A DNA stretch of 63,855 nt, filler included. It is 4 parts of 4 records of this genome, joined end to end, with 100 filler letters (N's around TTAATTAATTAA, not from the genome) between each part and the next. Parts side by side here need not be neighbours in the genome. Positions count along the whole stretch, not along the records: positions 20,273 to 34,613 come from SRR31156797_975; positions 34,714 to 55,268 come from SRR31156797_983; 2 more parts are not named here. One strand, given 5' to 3'. The number at the start of each line of letters is the position of its first letter. Positions within the stretch are counted from its first letter, which is position 1. A model generated the notes under the pieces. The model saw only the letters and a list, made by a program, of their open reading frames with translations. It had not been told where the DNA came from and ran no database searches. Positions 33,301 through 41,267 of this stretch are shown here, piece after piece. Both the position numbers and the translations under genes were made by a program.

Positions 33301-33696
33301 GATTAATGCCAATGCCACAACCAGGATATTTAACACCAGAAAAACCTGTAGGTTACCCCATGTTTTTCCAATTACATATTCGCTATTGGTCATTGAACGC
33401 ATATAAATAACTTCGGTTGTGTCTAATTTTTTGTCGCGTTTCAAAAAGTCGGAAGCTAAAAAGACAGCAATTACCGCCTGGGCAATATTTAAAATTAACA
33501 GATTGAAGTATGGAATGGCACTCGGGATACTGCGAATGGCCCAGCTTTGTTCACCACCACCCTGAATAACCATTGCAAAGTTGATCCCAAAAAGTACGAG
33601 TATTGAAATGACACTAAAAATTCTGAAAAACCAACTCCGGAATAATGTTTTCCGCTCGTATTTAGCTATTGAAAATATATTGTGTAATGAAATCAT
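30310..33696 (-). CDS. Giant ABC-2-type permease with M1-aminopeptidase-like ectodomain and C-terminal Golvesin/xanthan-lyase-CBM-like domain
   Basis: IAKYERK.L.R N-terminus plus several TM helices; SWYP and M1-like beta region; IIVDNEDPGF...AG.YEV...YADAVKF C-terminal module; no HExxH seen. Confidence 0.7.
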   Translation of the reverse strand: MISLHNIFSIAKYERKTLFRSWFFRIFSVISILVLFGINFAMVIQGGGEQSWAIRSIPSAIPYFNLLILNIAQAVIAVFLASDFLKRDKKLDTTEVIYMRSMTNSEYVIGKTWGNLQVFLVLNILVVALALIFNMLAQNTSVNWISYGFYLVAISVPTLIFIMGLSFLLMSVIRNQAITFVLVLGYIGITLFLLQAKFYYIFDYMAYNIPMLSSDIVGFGNTDVILNHRGIYLFLGTGFIFLTIFLLKRLPQSETMTYVSLIFSVLFIGIGSYFAFRHIDQFKQKEEQRISAIELNNKYVKEKLPIVLTHTINLEHQGATIGVTSEMEIKNENDVVLNQLIFNLNTGLKISKIEYNGKEVQFKRENHLIFISEGVNLSPGEESKVIFNYSGKIDENLCYLDIDEETIQEKYGKFVINVDKRYAFLTPDYVMLTPESSWYPKAGVTYSSEDVSWSHNQFVDYNLKVKTEPGLKAISQGKITETETGQFTFDNENSLTQLSLTIGNYEYKKFETDNLEYGIWIIEGHDFFSGIFTEISDTIPSIINEYLEDFERTYNLEYAFDRLSLVEVPAQMKTYERSWTSLQENIQPEQILIPEKGYMIGEFDFEGTKKRMERFGNRGGAMSPKDVQISVLGRMTRNFTEEESTSFGGGMMMGGPPMPGSINQEKNPYFIFPLFYNFQNNIQSDSWPITNRVFEAYIKNQDIDVRSIFMSNMTGLSGEEKANIALQENTFEEILADIEQKDIINDVIKLKGDYLFSKIQYEAGEEEFSEFLQKILKEYRFKNISFEEFDQKLKEEFGIELIPVMDDWFTAKDLPGFLVSPIDAVKVKSGEMMKTMISLKATNFSETEGLIKLSFMLSSGGGFPGMGRGGGGGSSDMVNELIYLEPHQSKEVSFILDAEPRMVMVNTMTSQNIPQVLTENFREIEEDTRITPVEGQKISDSPVLKIQPGEIIVDNEDPGFEITNNKKESLLEKWLITEDESSLKYEGINNWRPPTSWTAITNTAFYGNYILSGYYVSSGDGSQVAKWNVPIKEAGTYEVHYHMFNNPMMRGRGGRGGFRFGGSQSGDYHFTIHCNDGAVEQLLNPNDTEEGWNPIGTFGFSEGTAIIELSNDTKLSSVYADAVKFVKL

Positions 33697-33713
33697 TTTG
33701 AGTTATTTATCAG

Positions 33714-34607
33714 TTATGCGTTAGACCATTGATTAAGTTTATTCTCCATAAAATGTACATAAGCATGTTCCAGGTTTGGGGTAATTAGTTCACCTGTAAA
33801 TCCATCAATATTTTCAGAAACAACCTGAACCTCCCAACCGGCAGCAACCGGGATAGTTGAAATTACCGGATATTTTTCATTTATTTCCAGGTATTCACTT
33901 TCAGAAGCTTTTATTAACCAAACACTACCTTCTGCTTCTTTAACCAATTGTTCCGGAGAACCTGCAAATGCAAGTTCGCCTCTATTTAATAATGCCATTT
34001 TATCGCAGGTACTTGAAATGTCGCCAACAATATGCGTTGAGAGGATAATTACCACATCGCGTGTACTAATATTCGACAGAAGATTTCTGAAACGTATTCT
34101 TTCTTCAGGATCCAGTCCGGTTGTTGGTTCGTCGACAATAATAATTTTAGGATCATTTATTAATGCCTGTGCAATTCCAAGTCGCCGTTTCATCCCCCCT
34201 GAAAGTTTGTTTGCATTTCTGTCGCGTGCCTCGTATAAGCCAACTTCTTCCAGCATTTGGTCTACTGCGGTTTTTCTTGCAGCGCCGTTTTTCATGCCGG
34301 CAAGCCGGGCTGTATAATCCAGAAATTCGTAGGTTTTAAGTTTTGAAAAGAAACTAAAATCTTGTGGTAAATAACCCAGCATCGAACGAATTTCTCTTCT
34401 GTTTTTTGCTAAATCCAATCCATCAATGGTAACTTTTCCGTTTGAAGGTTTCATTAATGTAACAAGTATTCGCATTAATGTTGATTTGCCAGCTCCGTTT
34501 GGTCCCAATAATCCAAACATTCCATTTGGAATTTCAAGATTTAAATTCTTAATGGCATAATTCCCGTTGGGATATACTTTGTTTAGATTTTCGATTTTTA
34601 TATGCAC
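33714..34607 (-). CDS. ABC transporter ATP-binding protein
   Basis: GPNGAGKST, GYLPQ, LSGGMKRR, IVDEPT.GLDP, STHIV. Confidence 0.95.
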   Translation of the reverse strand: MHIKIENLNKVYPNGNYAIKNLNLEIPNGMFGLLGPNGAGKSTLMRILVTLMKPSNGKVTIDGLDLAKNRREIRSMLGYLPQDFSFFSKLKTYEFLDYTARLAGMKNGAARKTAVDQMLEEVGLYEARDRNANKLSGGMKRRLGIAQALINDPKIIIVDEPTTGLDPEERIRFRNLLSNISTRDVVIILSTHIVGDISSTCDKMALLNRGELAFAGSPEQLVKEAEGSVWLIKASESEYLEINEKYPVISTIPVAAGWEVQVVSENIDGFTGELITPNLEHAYVHFMENKLNQWSNA

Positions 34608-34613
34608 GGTTTT

Positions 34614-34713
34614 NNNNNNNNNNNNNNNNNNNNNNNNNNNNNNNNNNNNNNNNNNNNTTAATTAATTAANNNNNNNNNNNNNNNNNNNNNNNNNNNNNNN
34701 NNNNNNNNNNNNN
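34614..34713. other. Artificial contig spacer
   Basis: N-run + TTAATTAATTAA. Confidence 0.98.
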
Positions 34714-34747
34714 CGTTGCGAATCCCTCTTGAACAGTTTGTTAGAGC
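34714..34747 (-). repeat. attC (VCR-type) of cassette 2, truncated by the contig end
   Basis: Minus strand GCTCTAACAAACTGTTCAAGAGGGATTCGCAACG is nearly identical to the start of the upstream attC; GCTCTAAC is complementary to the cassette's own GTTAGAGC start. Confidence 0.9.
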
Positions 34748-34758
34748 GCAACTCACAG

Positions 34759-35061
34759 CTAGCCATCAAACTTAACATTTAATTCATCGATAACTGTATC
34801 GCCTTGAATGAGTTGAACTTGAATTTTGCTCACATCAGGTAAGTTTTGAAATGGTCCCGATGGGTCATATGACTTGTAATATAGACGAACTCGGCTACCA
34901 TCAGATTCAACTTTCTGAACGTCCATTCTCATATAATTGAATTCACCACTAGCTTGCCAATTTAGTTCTTTGAATGTGTTAACAAGAGTATCCGTATCTA
35001 AGTCTAACTCTGCTTTTCGAACTAAAGATGTAACGAACTCATATGTTTCTGAAGCTTCCAT
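34759..35061 (-). CDS. Integron cassette 2, hypothetical protein
   Basis: 100-aa ORF with RBS (AGGAG) filling the space between two attC sites. Confidence 0.8.
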   Translation of the reverse strand: MEASETYEFVTSLVRKAELDLDTDTLVNTFKELNWQASGEFNYMRMDVQKVESDGSRVRLYYKSYDPSGPFQNLPDVSKIQVQLIQGDTVIDELNVKFDG

Positions 35062-35080
35062 TTTTGGTTTTTCTCCTGCG

Positions 35081-35206
35081 CTCTAACGCCCTGTTAAGGT
35101 GTGAGCAACGCAATACCTAAGCTTCCGCATACCACCTTAACCACTAAAACCAACGCATAGCAAAAATGCCACGCGTTGCGAATCACTCTTAAACAGTTTG
35201 TTATGC
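35081..35206 (-). repeat. attC (Vibrio VCR/VXR-type) of cassette 1
   Basis: GCATAACAAACTGTTTAAGAGTGATTCGCAACGC...GCGTTGCTCACACCTTAACAGGGCGTTAGAG; about 126-bp imperfect inverted repeat with AAC/GTT cores. Confidence 0.95.
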
Positions 35207-35791
35207 CTAATATCTATTTGGGAAATGCTTTTTCCCCGCCAGCCATAAATAAATATCAATTTCTCTCAAGCTGAACCCTTCCAAAGAGTAGTACCGACTA
35301 AATTCCTTAATTATTTGAACGAATCTGCGATAGTTTTTAAGATCATCTTTTTTAAATTGACAAAAGGAATCCCGCCTCTTGAAATACATGAGCATTTTTT
35401 CTACATATGAATCATAAATTGGATAATCATTGGGTTTATGGTGACTACAATACTTAGTAGCAAAAGAATAGAATCTTCGGGTTTTACCTTTGATTTCAAT
35501 AGGTGCAACTTCATCAACCAAACCTAGACAACCTCGGTTAAGCTTCTCATCAATGTTCAAACCAAGTATATGTTTTGAAACTGAGTAAGTATCGTAGATA
35601 TTAGTACTATAAAAGTCATTGAGAGCACTAACCTTTAGCAACACATCTTCTATTTTGTCGTTCTGAGGACAAAACTTTTTAAACAGCTTTTCCAACGACT
35701 TTTCTTGAAGGGTGTAACTCTCCAATGTGTGCCAAAGCTCCAAGTAGCCCTTTACAACATCAATACTCGGGTTTTCTGGGGATGTCACCAA
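35207..35791 (-). CDS. Integron cassette 1, putative HhH-GPD/OGG-like DNA glycosylase-fold protein
   Basis: SFATKYC.HH.P..YPIYDS and C-terminal R.ID.YLW motifs; RBS AAGGAG. Confidence 0.55.
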   Translation of the reverse strand: MVTSPENPSIDVVKGYLELWHTLESYTLQEKSLEKLFKKFCPQNDKIEDVLLKVSALNDFYSTNIYDTYSVSKHILGLNIDEKLNRGCLGLVDEVAPIEIKGKTRRFYSFATKYCSHHKPNDYPIYDSYVEKMLMYFKRRDSFCQFKKDDLKNYRRFVQIIKEFSRYYSLEGFSLREIDIYLWLAGKKHFPNRY

Positions 35792-35803
35792 TATCTCCTT
35801 TAG

Positions 35804-35850
35804 GCATAACGCTCTCTATACAACTTACTACACTATAAATCCGTTCACTA
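35804..35850 (-). other. attI site (crossover G/TTATGC at 35810)
   Basis: GTTATGC core matches GCATAAC of the cassette-1 attC and lies between the first cassette and intIA. The upstream extent is approximate. Confidence 0.75.
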
Positions 35851-35976
35851 TGAATAACTTAATTTATTGAGGCATTCATTGAGCAAAGAAAAATTTCCAT
35901 GTATTCATAATATTAGATTCGGTCAGTTTTACTGAAAAGAGAACTATACGGATTTCATACTTTTAGTATCTTGACG

Positions 35977-36011
35977 TTGAGACAGATATAAAGCACTGTA
36001 TAAAAACACAC
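35977..36011 (+). promoter_or_regulatory. Putative PintIA promoter overlapped by a one-mismatch LexA box
   Basis: TTGAGA-16bp-TATAAA; CTGTATAAAAACACAC at 35996-36011 versus consensus CTGT-N8-ACAG. Confidence 0.55.
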
Positions 36012-36033
36012 TATCAAATCCATGAGTGATGGA

Positions 36034-37002
36034 ATGAAATCCCAATTTTTGTTGTACATAAAAGAGTATATGAGCAGCCGTCATTATGCGCAGAAAACCA
36101 TAGAAGCTTATATACATTGGATAACGCGATACATCCTTTTTCACAATAAACGCCACCCAAATACAATGGGAACAGCAGAAGTTGAGCTATTTCTAACTCA
36201 TTTGGTGACTAAAAATAATGTAGCAGTAAAGACCCAGGCTTTAGCACTCAATGCACTTAAGTTTCTCTATAGTGAGATTATTCACCAGCCAATCGAAACA
36301 AACATGAAGTTTAAAAAATCGCAGCTTGAACGAAAGCTTCCTGTTGTGCTTACTAAAGAGGAAGTCGTACGTTTCTTCAATCATGTTGATCCTCGATATC
36401 AACTACCAATCAAACTGCTATATGGTTCTGGTTTGAGGTTGATGGAATGTGTTCGGTTGAGAGTTCAAGATATCGATTTTGACTACGGCGCAATAAGAAT
36501 CATGAACGGTAAAGGAGGAAAAAATCGCACAGTGACTCTTGCCAAAGAACTTCACCCTCTACTTCAAGAACAGATAAACGTATCAAAACGTTATTATAAC
36601 AAAGACATGCACACAAAAGGCTACGGCGGGGTTTGGTTACCCAACGCATTGGCAAAGAAATATCCAACTGCACCATTTGAGTTTCACTGGCACTATTTAT
36701 TTCCTTCGCATGTGGCCAGTATCTCTGACTCAACCAATTATTTAAAACGACATCATATTAACGAAACTGCACTTCAACGTTCCGTGAAAAAAAGTGCCCA
36801 ATCTGCGGGAATAGAAAAGCACGTGACTTGCCATACATTAAGGCATTCATTCGCTACCCACCTTCTAGAGCAGGGTTCGGATATCCGAACCGTACAAGAA
36901 CAGCTTGGCCACAGTGACGTGAGAACAACCCAAATATACACACATGTGATCGACCGAGGTGCAAGTGGGGTACGAAGTCCTCTATCGCACTTAGGACTAT
37001 GA
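36034..37002 (+). CDS. intIA: Integron integrase
   Basis: MKSQFL N-terminus as in Vibrio IntIA; YGSGLR, GKGGK.R, integron-specific insertion, HTLRHSFATHLL, LGHSDV.TTQIY; divergent from the cassettes. Confidence 0.97.
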   Translation: MKSQFLLYIKEYMSSRHYAQKTIEAYIHWITRYILFHNKRHPNTMGTAEVELFLTHLVTKNNVAVKTQALALNALKFLYSEIIHQPIETNMKFKKSQLERKLPVVLTKEEVVRFFNHVDPRYQLPIKLLYGSGLRLMECVRLRVQDIDFDYGAIRIMNGKGGKNRTVTLAKELHPLLQEQINVSKRYYNKDMHTKGYGGVWLPNALAKKYPTAPFEFHWHYLFPSHVASISDSTNYLKRHHINETALQRSVKKSAQSAGIEKHVTCHTLRHSFATHLLEQGSDIRTVQEQLGHSDVRTTQIYTHVIDRGASGVRSPLSHLGL

Positions 37003-37030
37003 AGACCAAGCAACGATTCGAGATTAATAA

Positions 37031-37636
37031 TTACTCCAGCGGAACGGAGACTGATTTCACGGTCGCAAAAATTTGCTGTTCATACTTACTAATTTGGATG
37101 TGCGTTAAACTCTGATTACCAATATTCAAAGTTGTATAGAGCTGTGGGTTCTTCCAGTCCAGGCCTAAAAGATGCGCCAAAATATAACGAATAGGGCCAC
37201 CGTGGGTGATCACCAATGTATCTTGTTCACACTGCTGTACAATTTGTTCCCACGCTTCGATCACTCGGGTGTAGCCATATTCAAGAGGTTCAGAATCTGG
37301 TAAGGGAAATTGAGCAGGTGCTTCCCAAAAGTTTTCTAATGTTTGCCACTCGCTCTTCAGCTCGTCGAACGGTACACCATCAAACTTACCGAAGTTGAGT
37401 TCCATAATTCTCGGTTCAATCACCAATCTTAAAGCTGAGTTCGATGCTGTTAAGAGCTCCGCCACTCTGGAACACCTTTGCAAAGGTGATGTATACACTT
37501 TACTAAACGCGTACTTCTTTGGTAGAAGATCGGCGATGTTTGCTTGTATCGACTCATCAACAGCAACATCAGTATGCCCGTTCAGTGCGGCTTTACCTTG
37601 TGTTTTGCCATGGCGCAAGAGATATAAGTTCAGCAT
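37031..37636 (-). CDS. cobC: Alpha-ribazole-phosphate phosphatase (histidine phosphatase)
   Basis: LLRHG, SPL.RC, E.NFG, THGG.IR; overlaps the cobU stop. Confidence 0.8.
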   Translation of the reverse strand: MLNLYLLRHGKTQGKAALNGHTDVAVDESIQANIADLLPKKYAFSKVYTSPLQRCSRVAELLTASNSALRLVIEPRIMELNFGKFDGVPFDELKSEWQTLENFWEAPAQFPLPDSEPLEYGYTRVIEAWEQIVQQCEQDTLVITHGGPIRYILAHLLGLDWKNPQLYTTLNIGNQSLTHIQISKYEQQIFATVKSVSVPLE

Positions 37637-38190
37637 CCGCTTCCCTTCAGTGTCATTGGTAGACCAGCGACAACAAAATCCACCTGTTCTGCAACTTTGG
37701 CTACGCCTTGATTCATCCATCCTGCGTGGTCAACATACAGACGTGTCAATGCATTCATTGGCACGATTCCCAACCCAACTTCAGTGGATACACATATAAT
37801 TGTCCCTCTCGTTTCTGCAAGAGCATCGGTTAACTCCTTGAGTTTAGACTGGATATGGTTGGTTTCAGCATCTTCACCTAAATAGTGAATCACATTGTTT
37901 AGCCAAACAGTTAAACAATCGACCAACACAATGTCATTTTCAGTGAAAGAACCCAATGCCTGAGGAAGTTCGACGGGCACTTCGTGGTTCGTCCACTGAC
38001 CGTCACGACGCTCCTGATGCAAAGCTATTCTAGCTTTCATCTCATCATCAAACGGTTCAGCCGTCGCAATATAGTGGAGTTGAGTTTGAGGCTTGTCCCG
38101 CTTACGTTTTGCCAATAGTTTTAGCGCCTGTTGCTCTGCGTAGCCTGATTTACCGCTGCGAGCCCCACCAATAGTTAGCGTTACCGACAT
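37630..38190 (-). CDS. cobU: Adenosylcobinamide kinase/phosphate guanylyltransferase
   Basis: GGARSGKS, YIATA, RI..H...R, VDCLT.WL.N, EVG.GIVP. Confidence 0.93.
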   Translation of the reverse strand: MSVTLTIGGARSGKSGYAEQQALKLLAKRKRDKPQTQLHYIATAEPFDDEMKARIALHQERRDGQWTNHEVPVELPQALGSFTENDIVLVDCLTVWLNNVIHYLGEDAETNHIQSKLKELTDALAETRGTIICVSTEVGLGIVPMNALTRLYVDHAGWMNQGVAKVAEQVDFVVAGLPMTLKGSGC

Positions 38191-38401
38191 CACATCTTCC
38201 TTCTTAAATCGATTCCTTAGATTAAGCCATAGAATCCCCTGTATTCACAGTGACTTGGTACACTTTTCTTGGTTATCTTTCTGTTGTTTTCGATCTATCC
38301 CCTTCACTACTGAACAATGATATTTCAAAAATAATAATTGGCATATGCTATCTATTGCCACATTATGTAATTATGAAATGAAGAGAGTAAAGGAAACTAC
38401 C

Positions 38402-38887
38402 ATGAAATATGCAGTTCCAATTTGTGACGAAAAACTATTCAACCATTATTCTAAAGCACCACAATTTCTGGTCATTGACGACACATCCAAGCAAAGAATC
38501 TACATCGATATTGAACAGCAAAGTACAGCAGAAAGCTGCGGTAAAAAAAGTAAAATTAACGCTGTGCTCAAAAATCATCACGTAAATGCAGTGATCGTAA
38601 AGAACATTGGTGAATCCATGCTAGCAAGCCTCTTCCAGCAAGGAATCAAAGTTTTTACTACAGTTAGAGGTATGGATATTAATAACTTGGATTTTGATGC
38701 GCTCGTTCCGGTGAAGGACATAAGTTACGCCAGACCGTCATTAAACAAGAAAAACAAGGAACATAAATGCTGTAATCATCACCATGGACACCATCATGGC
38801 CGCAGAGAGACTGCACTCTCTCCAGCAAGGAACCGTCTGGGTATAAAAGCATTGAGTAAGTTGCAGCGTATTCATAAGTTCCAATAG
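38402..38887 (+). CDS. NifB/NifX (FeMo-cofactor-binding fold) family protein with Cys/His-rich tail
   Basis: AVP......NHYSKAP.F, V.AVI..NIG.......L...GIKV; CCNHHHGHHH. Confidence 0.7.
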   Translation: MKYAVPICDEKLFNHYSKAPQFLVIDDTSKQRIYIDIEQQSTAESCGKKSKINAVLKNHHVNAVIVKNIGESMLASLFQQGIKVFTTVRGMDINNLDFDALVPVKDISYARPSLNKKNKEHKCCNHHHGHHHGRRETALSPARNRLGIKALSKLQRIHKFQ

Positions 38888-38899
38888 TAAGGAGGAAAG

Positions 38900-39106
38900 A
38901 TGACTTACCTGATTACGTTTCTGGCATTTATTATTTTCATCGTGCTGATGACTATAGGAGTAATGGTTAAACGCAAGCCGATTCAGGGAAGTTGTGGCGG
39001 CCTATCAAACGTAGGCGTCGATAAAGTATGTAACTGTGAAACCACCTGCAACGAACATCAACAGAAGCTCTACCAAATAGAAGAACCGAATACAAAACAT
39101 ATGTAA
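38900..39106 (+). CDS. nqrM: NqrM (DUF539)-family small membrane protein
   Basis: TM helix + K.IQGSCGGL..VG..K.CNC..TC. Confidence 0.8.
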   Translation: MTYLITFLAFIIFIVLMTIGVMVKRKPIQGSCGGLSNVGVDKVCNCETTCNEHQQKLYQIEEPNTKHM

Positions 39107-39108
39107 AC

Positions 39109-39139
39109 AAAAAATCCACCAGCCTGACTGGTGGATTTT
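39109..39139. terminator. Bidirectional terminator
   Basis: AAAATCCACCAG-loop-CTGGTGGATTTT. Confidence 0.8.
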
Positions 39140-39153
39140 ATCAACTCTGGCAG

Positions 39154-40743
39154 CTACTGCTGAGTTTGCTTCATAGCTTTTTCAATCGTTTCTGCCATAT
39201 CAAATGTACTCCCCCCTTGTGTTGGCGGGTAATCAACGAGTGATTGTACATGTTGCTGAACGATTTCTTGCACTGGTGCGAGTAGCCAAGACATTTTTTG
39301 AATCAAATGACCATACGCATCGATACTGCCATAACTTTCAAACGGGTCAGCGCGCAAGTTATAGAAGCGTGGTTTAGCGTACGAAGTCAAATTGTCGTAA
39401 TAGTGTTCTGCTGTTGCAAAGTGGAACTTCCATGGCCCAACACGTACCGCAGATAATTTGCCCTCAAAATAATAAAGAATGTGGTTACGTGCAGACTGAT
39501 CAGATTTACCCATCCAGTAATCCAGATTATCAACACCGTCGATAAACTGTTTTTTCTCATCCAACATCTGCTGCTTAACGTCTTTAATACCGGCCGCATC
39601 GGCTAGTGTTACAAACAAGTCCTGGTGTCCCTGAATGCCGTTGAGCACCTGCCCTTCAGGGATTTTACCGGGCCAGCTAACCATAGTCGGAACACGTACC
39701 CCACCTTCGTAGGTCGTCATTTTCTCACCCCGGAAAGGCGTTGTCCCACCATGAGGCCATGAAGAGTGTTCGGGACCATTATCCGTTGTATATACGATAA
39801 TCGTATTGTCCTTCACGCCGCGCTTTTTAAGCTCTTCCAACAAGAAACCAATATCATCGTCATGCTGCAGCATACCACTACCGTAATAATCATATTCACT
39901 GGTGTAATTTTCAGCAGCGTAGCGCCATTTGTCATTCAGACGAGTGTATAAGTGCATTCGGCTGGTATTTATCCAGGTAAAGAATGGTTTATCATCTTTC
40001 ATCGCTTTATCTATAAAGTTAAGTGCGGCAGGAAGCATTTCTGCTCGGTCGAAATCTTTCATTCGCTCCTGACCTAGCGGGCCTGTATCTTCACATTTTT
40101 GTTTACCCACTTCACCAAAACGTGGGTCAACGGTGGTGTCTGCTTTATCAGTTGCATAACAATGAAGAACTCCGCGTGTACCAAACTTCTTCGTATACTC
40201 TTCAACTGAGCCGGAGTATGCTTTAGCGAAGTTTTGATAGTCACGTTGTTCGTGTTCTTCTTGAGTATTTAAGTGATAAAGGTTGCCGAAGAACTCATCA
40301 AAACCATGGACGGTAGGAAGCGCAAAGTTATGATCACCAAGGTGATTTTTGCCAAACTGTCCGGTCGCATAACCCGCTTTTTTTAACACTTCAGCCAATG
40401 AAGGGGACTCTTTTTTGATTCCCAACGCCCCACCCGGCATAGCGACTGTAGTCATCCCAGAGCGGATAGGATACTGACCCGTAATAAACGCAGCCCGCCC
40501 GGCGGTTGAACTGGGCTGCGCGTAATGGTCGGTAAACTTAATACCTTCGTTAGCGATACTATCAATGTTAGGCGTGGTGTAACCCATAGTACCCATGCCG
40601 TAAGCACTGACGTTTTGCCAACCGATATCATCACCAAAAATGACGACAATATTAGGTTGTTCTGACTTAGCCTGTGCCGCTGCCGGTAATAACGCACACA
40701 ATACCGAAGCGATAGGAGTAAGACGCCTGACGTTTGTCTTCAT
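39154..40743 (-). CDS. Arylsulfatase (Ser-type, formylglycine-dependent), secreted
   Basis: [17 protein letters not shown] active-site motif, GKNHLG, TTDNG, EGG.RVP. Confidence 0.9.
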   Translation of the reverse strand: MKTNVRRLTPIASVLCALLPAAAQAKSEQPNIVVIFGDDIGWQNVSAYGMGTMGYTTPNIDSIANEGIKFTDHYAQPSSTAGRAAFITGQYPIRSGMTTVAMPGGALGIKKESPSLAEVLKKAGYATGQFGKNHLGDHNFALPTVHGFDEFFGNLYHLNTQEEHEQRDYQNFAKAYSGSVEEYTKKFGTRGVLHCYATDKADTTVDPRFGEVGKQKCEDTGPLGQERMKDFDRAEMLPAALNFIDKAMKDDKPFFTWINTSRMHLYTRLNDKWRYAAENYTSEYDYYGSGMLQHDDDIGFLLEELKKRGVKDNTIIVYTTDNGPEHSSWPHGGTTPFRGEKMTTYEGGVRVPTMVSWPGKIPEGQVLNGIQGHQDLFVTLADAAGIKDVKQQMLDEKKQFIDGVDNLDYWMGKSDQSARNHILYYFEGKLSAVRVGPWKFHFATAEHYYDNLTSYAKPRFYNLRADPFESYGSIDAYGHLIQKMSWLLAPVQEIVQQHVQSLVDYPPTQGGSTFDMAETIEKAMKQTQQ

Positions 40744-40884
40744 AACTCTATCCTTGTTTTGACTTATATTCACAACCAGCCAACTATGGCTAACCTTTTG
40801 TTAAATATAGGCAAGGATAGCGGCAACACCAACTACCGCTCATGTTATTTTTAAGACAATCGATCCTTTATTGATATTACCGAT

Positions 40885-41128
40885 TCATGCGAGGTCACTG
40901 AATTGACGGGGCCAGCCTCGTTTGTCCTGTTTGCTTTGCTTCCATTCGGCTATCGTTTCCTCATCAATCCAAAAGATCAGGGAACCACGGTTTATTAAGG
41001 CTTAATTGTATTGCTTCCAGTTGCTTGTTTTGTAACGAGGACTTGACATGAGTCTACATGAAGTTATGGGTGTAGCCGATCAGAACGCAACTTCCTGATT
41101 AAGTTCAATTGAATTACGCAACAAAACC
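40885..41128 (-). mobile_element. IS5-family (IS903-group) remnant: left end plus truncated transposase pseudogene
   Basis: Terminal GGTTTTGTTG (cf. IS903 GGCTTTGTTG). ORF from 41049 reads MSSPRYKTSNWKQYN*ALINRGSLIFWIDEE...RQFSDLA*. Confidence 0.85.
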
Positions 41129-41267
41129 TAAAGCCGCTAGCTCAATCATCAAACTGATCCTAGCAACTTTTGTGTACAATGAGTTTTATAGAAATATTCA
41201 ATATGTTGCTTACATTTCATTGTATTAAGTGATATACCTCAGGTCTATTGCCGTAAGGAGATCACTG

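Noticed and set aside
34714-35206. Repeats as a possible CRISPR array
   Set aside because: They are about 126-bp attC sites separated by whole genes. No CRISPR array or cas gene is seen anywhere in the window.
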